Assembly: GCA_949299015.1 (NCBI GenBank)
Contig: CASFYT010000002.1
Location: 50,781-114,780 of the forward strand
DNA: 64,000 nucleotides
DNA from: an uncultured Bacillota bacterium
GTDB taxonomy: Bacteria; Bacillota_I; Bacilli_A; RFN20; CAG-288
Direction: 5' to 3'
The position numbers and the translations under genes are program-made. Positions within the stretch are counted from its first letter, which is position 1, and each line of letters opens with the position of its first letter. Below, piece by piece: positions 48,249 through 58,225 of this stretch. Below the pieces are notes generated by a model. The model ran no database searches. It was not told the origin of the DNA and was given only the letters and a program-made list of their open reading frames with translations.

Positions 48249-50234
48249 TCAAGCAAGCTTTGCTTTGAGTTCCAGGATGGCATCGCGAAGCTGAGCCGCC
48301 CTTTCGAAGTCAAGCTCCTTGCTGGCCTGGTTCATCTCCTTGGTCCATTCCTTGATTTGGCGCTCCATCTCCTTGCGCGTCATCTTCCCGGAGGAAGCCT
48401 TTCTCGTCTTGCTTTCGTCGTCGATCATCTTGATCGGCTGCTGGATGGGCTTGATGATCGTCTTGGGGACGATGCCGTGCTCCCTGTTGTATTGTTCCTG
48501 GATGCCTCTTCTTCTCTTCGTCTCGTCGATTGTCTCCTTCATGGCGTCGGAGACGCTGTCGCAGTACATGATGACCTTGCCGTTGGCGTTGCGTGCGGCA
48601 CGGCCGACGATCTGGGTCAGGGAACGGGTGGATCGGAGGAAGCCTTCCCGGTCGGCGTCGAGGATGGCGATCAGGGAGACTTCGGGGATGTCGAGGCCTT
48701 CGCGGAGCAGGTTGATTCCGACCACGACCTGATAGATTCCCTTCCTCAGCTTGTAGATGATCTCGGTCCTCTGCAGGGTGAGGATCTCGTGCTGGAGGTA
48801 GGCGACCTTGAAGTCGTGCTCTTTCAGGAAGTCCGTCAGGTTCTCGGCATCCTTGACCGTCAGGGTGACGACCAGGACGCGTTCGTCCTTCGCGATGCGG
48901 TCCTTGATCTCCTCCATCAGGTCGTAGATGGGGTTGTTCCGGTTGGAACGGACCTCGATGAGGGGATCGAGGAGGCCGGTCGGTCGAATGATCTGCTCGA
49001 TGGGTTTTCCTTCGATCTTCGAGAGTTCGTAGTCTCCGGGCGTGGCGGAGGTGCAGATGACGTTGCGGATCTTTCGTTCGAATTCCTCAAACCTGAGAGG
49101 ACGGTTGTCGAGGGCCGAAGGAAGGCGGAAGCCGTAGTCGACAAGGGTCTGCTTTCGGGAGCGGTCCCCGTTGTACATACCGCCGATCTGGGGGATGGTG
49201 ACGTGGCTCTCGTCGACGAAGAGGAGGAAGTCGTCCGGGAAATAGTCCAGAAGCGTATAGGGAGTCTCCCCTTCCTTCCTTCCGTCGAAGTGCCGGGCGT
49301 AGTTTTCGATGCCGGGGCACATGCCAAACTCTCTCAGGGAATCGAGGTCGTGTTCGGTCCGCATCTTCAGTCGTTCCGATTCCAGGTACTTTCCCTGGCT
49401 GTCAAAGAAGGCGAGCCGTTCCTTGAGCTCGGCTTCGATCGTCGAACAGGCTCTTTGGATGCGCGAAAGGCCGGAGGCGTGTTCGTGGGCGGGGAAGATG
49501 GGGAAGTAGTCGAGGGTGTGGAGGACCTCCCCCGTGACGGGATTGATCTGGTCGATCTCGCTGATTTCGTCGAAGTCGGAGTAGATGCGCAGGAAGTACT
49601 TGTCGCCCGAGGGCGGGAAGATCTCCATCACTTCGCCGCGGATGCGGAAGGTTCCAGGCGTGAGGTCCATGTTGTTGCGCTTGTACTGGGCGGTGACGAG
49701 CTTGCGGGCGATGGCCTGCGAGTCGAAGCTCTCCCCGACGTGGAGCGTGAAGGCAAGGTCTCGATATTCGTCCGGATCGCTCAGGCCGTAGATGGAGGCG
49801 ACGGAGCAGACGACGATCGTGTCCTTCCTTTCCAGGAGGGAATTGACGGCGCTTGCCCGCATCATCTCGATCTCTTCGTTCATGACGACTTCCTTGTCGA
49901 TGTAGGTGTCGGTCTTGGGAATGTAGGCTTCGGGCTGATAGAAGTCGAAGTTGGAGATGAAGTATTCGACGCGGTTGTGGGGGAAGAGTTCCTTGAACTC
50001 GCCATAGAGCTGGGCGGCCAAGGTCTTGTTGTGGACCAGGACCATCGTCGTCCTCTGGGCGTGCTGGATGACGTTGGCCATCGTAAAGGTCTTTCCTGTA
50101 CCCGTCGCACCCAAAAGGACCTGCCAACGACGGTTTTCGTCGAGGCCTTTGCAGAGGCCTTCGATGGCCTGTGGCTGGTCTCCCGTCGGACGATAGGGGG
50201 AGATGAGCGTAAAGGGATGGTCCTTGTCAGTCAT
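48249..50234 (-). CDS. uvrB: excinuclease ABC subunit B
   Basis: GATGTGKT, YQPEAY, DESH, GINLLREGLD, C-terminal FERAA.LRD. Confidence 0.98.
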   Translation of the reverse strand: MTDKDHPFTLISPYRPTGDQPQAIEGLCKGLDENRRWQVLLGATGTGKTFTMANVIQHAQRTTMVLVHNKTLAAQLYGEFKELFPHNRVEYFISNFDFYQPEAYIPKTDTYIDKEVVMNEEIEMMRASAVNSLLERKDTIVVCSVASIYGLSDPDEYRDLAFTLHVGESFDSQAIARKLVTAQYKRNNMDLTPGTFRIRGEVMEIFPPSGDKYFLRIYSDFDEISEIDQINPVTGEVLHTLDYFPIFPAHEHASGLSRIQRACSTIEAELKERLAFFDSQGKYLESERLKMRTEHDLDSLREFGMCPGIENYARHFDGRKEGETPYTLLDYFPDDFLLFVDESHVTIPQIGGMYNGDRSRKQTLVDYGFRLPSALDNRPLRFEEFERKIRNVICTSATPGDYELSKIEGKPIEQIIRPTGLLDPLIEVRSNRNNPIYDLMEEIKDRIAKDERVLVVTLTVKDAENLTDFLKEHDFKVAYLQHEILTLQRTEIIYKLRKGIYQVVVGINLLREGLDIPEVSLIAILDADREGFLRSTRSLTQIVGRAARNANGKVIMYCDSVSDAMKETIDETKRRRGIQEQYNREHGIVPKTIIKPIQQPIKMIDDESKTRKASSGKMTRKEMERQIKEWTKEMNQASKELDFERAAQLRDAILELKAKLA

Positions 50235-51717
50235 GGATGGCCTGCTCCAGGAGGTCGTCGCAATAAGAGAGGTAGAGATCGAAGCTTTCTTTGCCTACCT
50301 TTTGCTCGATCGGGAGCGATACACAACCATTTTCCTGATAGATATTCAAAAGTGTCTCATCTTGATATTTCTTTGAAACATAGTTTGAAAAATCTACCAA
50401 TGCATCATGAAAATGATAATTGGATTGGTATGATTGCGGGATTTCTTCTTCCAGGGGAAGAAGGTGAAGGAGATTCAGGACGTGCATTTGGTTGGCAATC
50501 GAGACGCTCAGGGAAGAAGAGAGGATGGGCGTGGACTGCAGCCAGACGTAATCCGTGTCGTAGACGACGTCGGGAACGATTCCCTTGCCGTGGATGCAGA
50601 GGACGTCGTCTTCGTCCGACCCTTCGTCGTACATGTCCTCGTTCTCCTTCTCCGGTCCGTAGACGTAGGCATAGGTGAAGCGTAGGGTCGAACCGTCGGA
50701 ATAGGTGCGGATCCTCTGGGCGACGCCCTTTCCGTAGGACGTCCGGCCGTAGAGGGTGCAGTCGGTCCCGGCCCTCATGGCGAGGGCGAAGGTCTCGCTG
50801 GCGGAGGCGGTATTGGAGTCGATGAGGATGGCATATTCGGGATAGGAATATTTCGGATCGCTCTCCTGGATCGTCTCCTGGAGGACGTTGCCGTCGCGGT
50901 CGACGAGCTGATCGATCAGCTGACCCTTGCGGACGAAGAGCTTCGCCATCCTTTCGCATTCGTCGACATAGCCGCCGGTGTTTCCCCTCAGATCGAGGAG
51001 GAGACGGTCGATCCTCTTTCCTTCGTAGTCGGAGAGGATTTGGTCGAGGTCTTGGGTCGGCTCGCCGAGGAAGGTCCGGATCTGGACGGAGAGCGTATAG
51101 CCGTTGTCTTCCTGAGGTTCTTCGAGGACATGGACGATTTCCTCTTGGTAGGTGCTCTTTCTCAGGAGCGCCGTGCCCTCCTCTCCGTTCCTTGAGTAGG
51201 TGAAGACATAGGCATCGGTCACGTGCTCCTCGTCGGAGAGGAAGTTCTCGTTCTCGGCGATTGTATGCTCTTGGAAGGAATAGTATTCTTCCCTTCCCCT
51301 TGTCGCGCCGAGGAGGACGTCTCCTTCCTCAAGAACGCCACTTGCCGGACCGTCATGGACTGCCGTCACGTAGTATCCGCCGTCATAGGGATGCGTCGTG
51401 ATGCCGAAGCCGAGGTGGCTGACGGAAAGGTTCTGGTCCTCCATGGTCGGCGTGTAGAAGGTATAGGGATCGTCGCCGCTTTCGGCGAAGCCGTCGGCGA
51501 GGCCGGAGAGGGCGTAGTCCGCCAGGTATTCCTCTTCGTTTCCATAGAGCCATTCGTCCCTCAGGACGCGGTATTCTTCGACGACCTTCCTTTCGTCGTC
51601 GCTGAGCTTGTTGATCTCGAGCGAAAGAAAATAGCCGCCGATTCCGCCGATGACCAGGACGGAGAGCGCCGAGAGGGCCAGGAGCAGGGCCGTCTTGACC
51701 GATTTCTTGTTTTCCAT
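50227..51717 (-). CDS. S41 family C-terminal processing protease
   Basis: N-terminal TM, DPYT.Y, LDLRGN.GG, TASASE, SYGKG, HGKGI.PD motifs. Confidence 0.9.
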   Translation of the reverse strand: MENKKSVKTALLLALSALSVLVIGGIGGYFLSLEINKLSDDERKVVEEYRVLRDEWLYGNEEEYLADYALSGLADGFAESGDDPYTFYTPTMEDQNLSVSHLGFGITTHPYDGGYYVTAVHDGPASGVLEEGDVLLGATRGREEYYSFQEHTIAENENFLSDEEHVTDAYVFTYSRNGEEGTALLRKSTYQEEIVHVLEEPQEDNGYTLSVQIRTFLGEPTQDLDQILSDYEGKRIDRLLLDLRGNTGGYVDECERMAKLFVRKGQLIDQLVDRDGNVLQETIQESDPKYSYPEYAILIDSNTASASETFALAMRAGTDCTLYGRTSYGKGVAQRIRTYSDGSTLRFTYAYVYGPEKENEDMYDEGSDEDDVLCIHGKGIVPDVVYDTDYVWLQSTPILSSSLSVSIANQMHVLNLLHLLPLEEEIPQSYQSNYHFHDALVDFSNYVSKKYQDETLLNIYQENGCVSLPIEQKVGKESFDLYLSYCDDLLEQAIHD

Positions 51718-51823
51718 AGTCGTTCCTCCTTGAGGACGCTTCCTCCATTCTACCACAGCGCCCCTTTCCTCCCTTGGGGATTGTCCTTCCATGGCGCCCT
51801 GTTTCTGATAGAATAATCCTGTC

Positions 51824-52228
51824 ATGAAACGCTATTGCCTGGAGTGCGGACACCCGTTGAAGAAGGGGGAGGACCACTGTTCCTCCTGTTCCTTTGACAA
51901 CTCCGAAAGGCATCTTCAGGAACTGGATATCCATCAGTACAAGAAGCTTTGCTACGACAAGAAGACGAAGGGAAGGGAGAGGAAGAACCGCTCCTTCTCC
52001 TTCTACGTCATCGGAGCGGTCCTTCTGATCCTGGGACTGGTCTTCCTCGTCCTCTCCTATCGCTACAGCATCCGCCATCGGGTCTTCACGCCGGAGTCGG
52101 CGGAATTCGTCTTCTGCGTTCTTTCCCTCTCCTTCTCCGCCTTCTTCCTGGTCTATGCCAGCATCCTTCTGATTCCGACCCTCTTCAAGGAAAGGTACTT
52201 CGTACGTCTGCTCAAGAGAAGGAAGTGA
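51824..52228 (+). CDS. zinc-ribbon membrane protein
   Basis: CLECG..CSSC followed by two TM helices. Confidence 0.7.
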   Translation: MKRYCLECGHPLKKGEDHCSSCSFDNSERHLQELDIHQYKKLCYDKKTKGRERKNRSFSFYVIGAVLLILGLVFLVLSYRYSIRHRVFTPESAEFVFCVLSLSFSAFFLVYASILLIPTLFKERYFVRLLKRRK

Positions 52229-53376
52229 AACTCAGCGCCTACCGGAAGGGATGCCTGGGAAAGCGCGGACGGAAGTTCCTCTCATCCTTTCTCGACCTCG
52301 TCATGAAGTTCATCCTCGTGATGGTCTTCTTTGCGATTTCGGATGCCATTCTGCGCCATGTCCCCGCCTTCGTGGAGAGGCAGGAAGAAGCTTCCGCGGC
52401 CCAGGAATCCCTCTACCGGATGGTCGAAGATTCCCATCTCAGCAAGAGGGAGGAAGGAAGGCTCCTTTCCAGCGAGGAGATCGCCGAAGAGAGCGTCCGG
52501 AAACTGACCCTGGAATCCCTGCTTCGCTTTCGCGATCCAGCGGAGATCAGCGACCGAGTCTACGAGGACGTCGAACCGATGACGGCTTCGGACGATCCGC
52601 TGTATTTCTACTACGTCGACTTCAAGTCCCGGGAAAGCGAATCCTTCCTCACACCCGGGGGAGCGGACGTCTACCAAAAGGAACTTCTCGAGACAGGTTT
52701 CTTTGAGGAGCGGGAGGATGGATGGCTTGGCCTGACGGAAGCGGCGGCCACGGAAGTGGACGCCTACCTCGTGCACGGATATCTCCATAGCGAAGAGACA
52801 TATAACGATATTTTCAATACATATCAGAACGCAATTCTTATCGCTCAAAAGGATCTTATTGGCAATTACCAACCTTATCTTTATGAAATCGGATTGTTTG
52901 AGACGGCCCGAGACGAGATCCTGAAGATGCGCGGAGGAATCCTTCTTCTCTCCTTCCTTCTCTCTTCCCTCGTCCTCGATCTCCTTCTGCCCCTGCTGCT
53001 CAAGGAAGGAAGGACCTTGTCGATGCGAATTCTCCATCTGGCCCAGGTCGGTGTCGACGGGAGGCGCTTTGGAATCGTCCATGCCATCCCCTTCTTTCTC
53101 CTCTCCCTTCTCTCCTCGGCCTTCCTGCCCTTCCTCTCCTCCCTGGTCCTCTTCGGAGCGGAAGGCGTCTCCCTCATGTCGGTCAATCTCCTGGGATTCC
53201 TGAACGTCTTCGTCCTGATGCTGGTCGCCCTCGCCTATCTCCTCCTCTCCTCCCTCTTCGACCTTTGGACGCGAAAAGGAATCCACCAGACGCTGACGCA
53301 GTTTCTTTCGATGACGGTCGTGAGGGATACCTCGGAATGGGTGGAAGACGATGAAGATGGAAAATCAGAAGGCTGA
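52225..53376 (+). CDS. RDD-like membrane protein with large extracytoplasmic loop
   Basis: R....LD, PL....GRTL.M.I..L, C-terminal QTL..FLS.T.V; GTG start. Confidence 0.65.
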   Translation: MKLSAYRKGCLGKRGRKFLSSFLDLVMKFILVMVFFAISDAILRHVPAFVERQEEASAAQESLYRMVEDSHLSKREEGRLLSSEEIAEESVRKLTLESLLRFRDPAEISDRVYEDVEPMTASDDPLYFYYVDFKSRESESFLTPGGADVYQKELLETGFFEEREDGWLGLTEAAATEVDAYLVHGYLHSEETYNDIFNTYQNAILIAQKDLIGNYQPYLYEIGLFETARDEILKMRGGILLLSFLLSSLVLDLLLPLLLKEGRTLSMRILHLAQVGVDGRRFGIVHAIPFFLLSLLSSAFLPFLSSLVLFGAEGVSLMSVNLLGFLNVFVLMLVALAYLLLSSLFDLWTRKGIHQTLTQFLSMTVVRDTSEWVEDDEDGKSEG

Positions 53377-54343
53377 GCGCCACGAGCTCTACTACGAGCG
53401 GGCCAGGAACGGAAAGAGGATGGCCGCCATCCTTTTCGACGCCTTCTGCTGCTTCGCGACCTTCTTCCTTCTCCTTCTGGGAACCTTCCCCCTGATCGAT
53501 TCCCTCCCCCTTGTCCAGGAAGCCGAGAGGACGAGGGAGGATCTCGGCCTTTCCTCGGGAATCTACGTCCGAGAGGAGGGGGAACTCGTCCTCCTGACAG
53601 AGTCATTGGACGGAGAGGACCTCTCCCTGGACGAAAGGTCCCGACGCCTGGACGAGGCCGTCACGGCCTTCTATGGCAATTCGTCCTTCTTCCTCGACGG
53701 CCTCTCCCTCTACCAGGAAGACAAGGAGAACGCCCTATCCTTGGATGGACAGAAGATGTTTCAGGACGGGGAACGCCTTCTGGTCAACGACGACTATGAC
53801 CAGGAATATTGCGACTTCTACGAGGAATCCTTCCTTGCTGCGCGCGGATACCTCCAGGAGAACGATTCGTATCGCCAGGCGACCAGGACGGTCCTCCTCT
53901 CCTTCGCCGTCGGAATCGTCCTGACGTTCCTTCTTCCCTTCCCCTTCTTCTTCCTCCTTGTTCCTCTGCTCTTCAAGAGGACGAGGCAGACGCTTGGCAT
54001 GCGCCTGACACGGATTGCGCTTCTCGATGCCGATGGTTTGTCCCTGAAGGCTTCCAAGACGACCTATCGCTTCCTCTTCCTGTTCCTCGTGGAAGTCCTC
54101 CTTTCCCTCTTCTCCTTCCTTCTTCCCCTCTTCCTCTCCTTCGGCATGCTCCTTCTTTCCAAGAGCCACCAGACGTTCCACGACTACGTGTGCAACACCT
54201 ACGCCATCGAGACGGAGGGGGCGACGATCTATCGGGACAAGGCCGAATACCTCCTCGCCCAGGAGGAGGGAGAAAAGGCGCTCACCCTGGAAGATCCCTC
54301 CTACCGTCCCGTCTCCGGTGTCGACCACGAGGAAGGAAAATGA
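53357..54343 (+). CDS. RDD family membrane protein
   Basis: KR.AA.LFD, RQTLGM....I, HQTFHD. Confidence 0.8.
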   Translation: MENQKAERHELYYERARNGKRMAAILFDAFCCFATFFLLLLGTFPLIDSLPLVQEAERTREDLGLSSGIYVREEGELVLLTESLDGEDLSLDERSRRLDEAVTAFYGNSSFFLDGLSLYQEDKENALSLDGQKMFQDGERLLVNDDYDQEYCDFYEESFLAARGYLQENDSYRQATRTVLLSFAVGIVLTFLLPFPFFFLLVPLLFKRTRQTLGMRLTRIALLDADGLSLKASKTTYRFLFLFLVEVLLSLFSFLLPLFLSFGMLLLSKSHQTFHDYVCNTYAIETEGATIYRDKAEYLLAQEEGEKALTLEDPSYRPVSGVDHEEGK

Positions 54344-54555
54344 TTGGTTCAAGGTTCGATCCTTTCTGAAGAATACCAACTTTTTCATAAAAGAAAGGAA
54401 CGTCCTTCTTCGACAGCGATTTCTTTTCTTTCCTTAGAAAACGTATTTGAAAAGTTCGGCTCATCTTTTGAGGCGGAGATCGGGAGGTCATTCCATCTCT
54501 CGTTCTTCCGGGGATCTTCGTCGGATCGGTTTCCGGAAAGAGAATCGGCGCATTG

Positions 54556-54590
54556 AAAAATCGGCCTTGTCCGGAGACAAGGCCGACTTT
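54556..54590 (-). terminator. terminator after GH43 (possibly bidirectional)
   Basis: TCGGCCTTGTC-CGGA-GACAAGGCCGA flanked by A and T runs. Confidence 0.82.
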
Positions 54591-54601
54591 GATGAATCGA
54601 C

Positions 54602-56344
54602 TTAGGCGATGGTGACGTTCAGCGTGACGGTCAGAGGGGCACCCTTCCATTCGACGGTGTAGAAGGTGCCGTCCTTCTTGACGCGCTGATATTCGAAGGT
54701 GACCGTGTAGGTTCCGGCTTCCGCGCCGGTGACGGTGAAGTGGGAGGCGTTGTTCTCGTCGACGGTGACGGTGAGTCCTTCCGGAGCCGTCACGGAGATC
54801 TTGTTGCTGGCGTTCTCCAGCGGCATCAGGGCGCCGGCCTCGTTCTTGACGGTGACGTAGACTTCATCGCTGGCATTCGCCGTGAGGGCGACGTCCGTCT
54901 TGCTCAGGGCGATCGTGGACGCTTCCGTTCCCGTCGGAACCGGACGGTCTTCCGTCGTCTCGTCGATGACGATGATCGGGTTTCCGTCGGCATCGACGTT
55001 GTCGCCATCCATCGTCACCTGAGAGGTGAACATGGTACGGCCCGCCGTGGTGGAGTTGCGCCCGTGGTAGACGTAGTAGGTCTCCCCGTATTCCGTCGTG
55101 ATGTAACTTCCGTGTCCGGTGGAATACAGGCTCTCTTCCGGAATCTCGTGGAGGATGGGGTTGTTCTCGTATTTCTTGAAGGGACCCGTCGGGCTGTCGG
55201 AGGTGGCATAGCCGACGCCGTAGTACTGGTTCTCGTAGTTGTTGCAGGAGTAGGTCAGGTAATAGACGTCCTTGCCGTTGACGGTCTTCTTGAAGGTCGT
55301 GCTTCCTTCGGCCCAGCGGCGGTTCTTCTTGCCGCCTTCATAGGTGACGTAGTCGTTGACGTGGGCGTTTTCCCAGTCCTGCTTGTCGCTTCCGTAGTTG
55401 ATGACGGGGACGAAGCCGTCCCGACGGCGCGGCGAATCTTCCTTGTCGTTGGAGTCGACGTACTTGGCGTCGATCTTCGGCATGGTCGTTCCCGTCGGAT
55501 CGTCCCACCAGTCGCGGTCGATTTCGACGACGTAGATGTTGGACTCTTCGATGTACTTTCCGAGGTCATCGTCCCAGACCCAGTTGCGGTAGGCGTTCCT
55601 CGAGAAGTAGAGATAGGTGTGGTCGTCGTCGAAGAAGACGTTCGGATCGATGAAGGGGAGGTAGACGCCAAGCGGGGCCGTCTCTCCTTCTTCCTTCGTC
55701 GCCGGAGGAACCATCTGGTCTTCCATGATCTGGTTCACGTCGTGGTATTCCGGATCGTAGGGATAGTACTCGATTGGCTCGTTGGCGATGTTCATGAACG
55801 GACCGGCAGGGCTGTCGCTGACGGCGACGCCGACCTTGCAGGCTTCTTCGAAGTCGGCGAACTCGAAGTGCTCGACGACCTTCTCTTCGTCCCTCATGCG
55901 GGCGGCATAGAAGAGGAAGTACTTTCCGGTCTCCTCGTTGTGATAGCATTCCGGAGCCCAGAACCAGTCATTGCCCCACTGGTTGGGATCGTCCGAAGGA
56001 ATGGCGCCGGGGCTGGCGCGGACCCATGTCACAAGGTCGGGAGACTTGTAGATGCCAAAGCGATAGCCGCTTTGCGCTCCATCGGTCGTGTAGGCGTAGT
56101 AGTATCCAGTGGCATCGTCGTAGATGACGTGAGGATCGGCGGCACGAATGGAGGCAGAGTTGAAGTACGTCGCGTTGGAGTTGGGTTCCGGCTCGGGCTC
56201 GGGATCCGGCGTCGTCGAAGAAGTCGAAGACGACGAATTGGAAGGAGGCGTCGAAGTGGTCGTCGAAGAGGATGTTTCGGGGGAACAAGCGGATGCAGAC
56301 AGCAAGGTGAGAAGAGAGAGGATCGAGAGAAGCTTTTTCTTCAT
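54602..56344 (-). CDS. GH43 glycoside hydrolase lipoprotein
   Basis: ASAC lipobox, Ser/Thr-PEPE linker; AADP, WAPE, IDP, AEG, TGHGS motifs. Confidence 0.9.
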   Translation of the reverse strand: MKKKLLSILSLLTLLSASACSPETSSSTTTSTPPSNSSSSTSSTTPDPEPEPEPNSNATYFNSASIRAADPHVIYDDATGYYYAYTTDGAQSGYRFGIYKSPDLVTWVRASPGAIPSDDPNQWGNDWFWAPECYHNEETGKYFLFYAARMRDEEKVVEHFEFADFEEACKVGVAVSDSPAGPFMNIANEPIEYYPYDPEYHDVNQIMEDQMVPPATKEEGETAPLGVYLPFIDPNVFFDDDHTYLYFSRNAYRNWVWDDDLGKYIEESNIYVVEIDRDWWDDPTGTTMPKIDAKYVDSNDKEDSPRRRDGFVPVINYGSDKQDWENAHVNDYVTYEGGKKNRRWAEGSTTFKKTVNGKDVYYLTYSCNNYENQYYGVGYATSDSPTGPFKKYENNPILHEIPEESLYSTGHGSYITTEYGETYYVYHGRNSTTAGRTMFTSQVTMDGDNVDADGNPIIVIDETTEDRPVPTGTEASTIALSKTDVALTANASDEVYVTVKNEAGALMPLENASNKISVTAPEGLTVTVDENNASHFTVTGAEAGTYTVTFEYQRVKKDGTFYTVEWKGAPLTVTLNVTIA

Positions 56345-56421
56345 CGTGATTGTCCTTTCTGCCTTGTGAAGGGCTTACCACGACAATAATTGCATGGAAA
56401 AAGGTAATTTTCAACACTTTT

Positions 56422-56435
56422 TGTAACCGCTACCA
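56422..56435. promoter_or_regulatory. cre/LacI-type operator upstream of GH43
   Basis: TGTAACCGCTACCA (reverse complement TGGTAGCGGTTACA). Confidence 0.55.
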
Positions 56436-56749
56436 AAAGAAAAGATCGGATTCTGATTTTTCCAAATCAAGAAAAAATAAGGACACGCGAAGAAGTTGGC
56501 AAGTCCGTCTTTCCTGAATTTCCGGAAGCCTTCCCTTTGGCGTTGGATTTGGGCGCTCCCCAACATGACATGACGTCAGGAAGAAGAGAAAAAAATAATA
56601 TGAAAAGGAGAAAGAAAAAACAGGGTTTTTATAAAAAAGTGACAACTTTGTCGTTGAAGTAGAAAGAATGCGATCGATTGGCAAGAAGAAAGAGGCAAAG
56701 CAGAAAGAAGAGAAGATATAATAGAAGAGGTCCTTTTGGAGGATGGAAC

Positions 56750-58225
56750 ATGGAAATCAAGCTGGTCGACTTGACGAAGATCTATCCAGGCGACGAGAAG
56801 AAGGGCGTTTTGGAGACCCGCGCGGTCGATTCTTTGAACGTCACCATCGAAGATGGTGAACTTGTCGGCCTTCTGGGACCTTCGGGATGCGGCAAATCGA
56901 CGACCTTGTATATGATTTCCGGCCTGACGGATCCGACGGAGGGGGAAATCTGGTTCGACGAGGAGGACGTGACCAACCTCGAGACGGAGAAGAGGGGCAT
57001 CGGCCTTGTCTTCCAGAACTACGCCCTCTATCCGCATATGACGGTCTATCGAAACATCGCCTTTCCCCTGACCAATCTTCGTATCTATACCGAGAAGAAG
57101 GATTGGCGCCTCTCCTACCTCTGGGAGCTTCAGCAGGCGATGGGACGGAAGGAGGAAATCCGTTCGATCCTCCATTCCTGTCGGGAAGGAAAGACGATTC
57201 ACAGGAAAACGGCCCTTGCGTGTCTCACCAAGAAGATGGGCGTTTCCCTCTCCGTCGCCAAGGCGCTCTATCGTCTCCCCTATCTGGACGAGACGAAGGA
57301 CGGGGAGATCGAGACCCGGAAGGAAAAGGTGCTCCACGCCTTCGAAAGGCGAAAGGAGAGGAGAGAGAAGTGGGGATACCGCTTCGATGAGAATCTCTGC
57401 ATCGTTGCGAAAGGAAAGCTCTCCTTCCTGACGAAGAAGAAGGAAGTCGAGGACGGGACGCCCTATATGGTGACGAGAAAGCTGACGAAGGACGAAGTCG
57501 ACTCCCTCGTCCGAGACGTCGCCCGCCTCGTTCAGATCGAAGAATACCTGGACCGCAAGCCGGCCCAGCTTTCCGGCGGTCAGCAGCAGCGCGTCGCCAT
57601 CGCCAGGGCCTTGGTCAAGAAGCCGAAGGTCCTTCTTCTGGACGAGCCGCTGTCCAACCTCGACGCCCGCCTCCGCCTTCAGACGAGGGCGGAGATCCGC
57701 CGGATTCAGAAGGAGACGAAGATCACGACGGTCTTCGTGACGCACGACCAGGACGAAGCGATGTCCATCTGCGACAAGATCGTGGTCATGAAGGACGGCC
57801 TAAGTATGCAGGTCGGAAAGCCTCAGGACGTCTATCGCGATCCGGACAATCTTTTCGTGGCGAAATTCCTCGGCAATCCACCGATCAACGTCTTCCGTGG
57901 ATATATCAAGGATGGTAAATGCTATCTCCAGGGGGAGGAGATTCTCTCCTGCCCGGGAGTCGCGGATCAGAACGTCCACGTCGGCATCCGACCGGAAGGC
58001 CTTCTTCCGGCGGAAGACGGCGTCCTCTCCTTGAACATCGTCGAGATTCAGACCAAGGGCAAGGACGTCGACCTGATTGGAGAACATCCGTCCTTCGAGG
58101 GGGAACGCCTGGTCGTGACGGTCGATTCCGAAGACGACCTCGCTCCGGGACGGCGGCGCTTCAACCTGCGTCCCTCGAAGGTCTATCTCTTCGAGGAGAA
58201 GAGCGAGAAGAGGATTCGCTTCTGA
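56750..58225 (+). CDS. sugar ABC transporter ATP-binding protein with large insertion
   Basis: GPSGCGKST, VFQNYALYPH, LSGGQQQR, LLLDEP motifs; about 130-aa insert. Confidence 0.93.
   Translation: MEIKLVDLTKIYPGDEKKGVLETRAVDSLNVTIEDGELVGLLGPSGCGKSTTLYMISGLTDPTEGEIWFDEEDVTNLETEKRGIGLVFQNYALYPHMTVYRNIAFPLTNLRIYTEKKDWRLSYLWELQQAMGRKEEIRSILHSCREGKTIHRKTALACLTKKMGVSLSVAKALYRLPYLDETKDGEIETRKEKVLHAFERRKERREKWGYRFDENLCIVAKGKLSFLTKKKEVEDGTPYMVTRKLTKDEVDSLVRDVARLVQIEEYLDRKPAQLSGGQQQRVAIARALVKKPKVLLLDEPLSNLDARLRLQTRAEIRRIQKETKITTVFVTHDQDEAMSICDKIVVMKDGLSMQVGKPQDVYRDPDNLFVAKFLGNPPINVFRGYIKDGKCYLQGEEILSCPGVADQNVHVGIRPEGLLPAEDGVLSLNIVEIQTKGKDVDLIGEHPSFEGERLVVTVDSEDDLAPGRRRFNLRPSKVYLFEEKSEKRIRF

Noticed and set aside
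50375..50387. Possible LexA (Cheo) box upstream of uvrB, GAAACATAGTTTG
   Set aside because: Wrong spacing or two core mismatches against GAAC-N4-GTTC, and it lies in an AT-rich patch where chance matches are likely.
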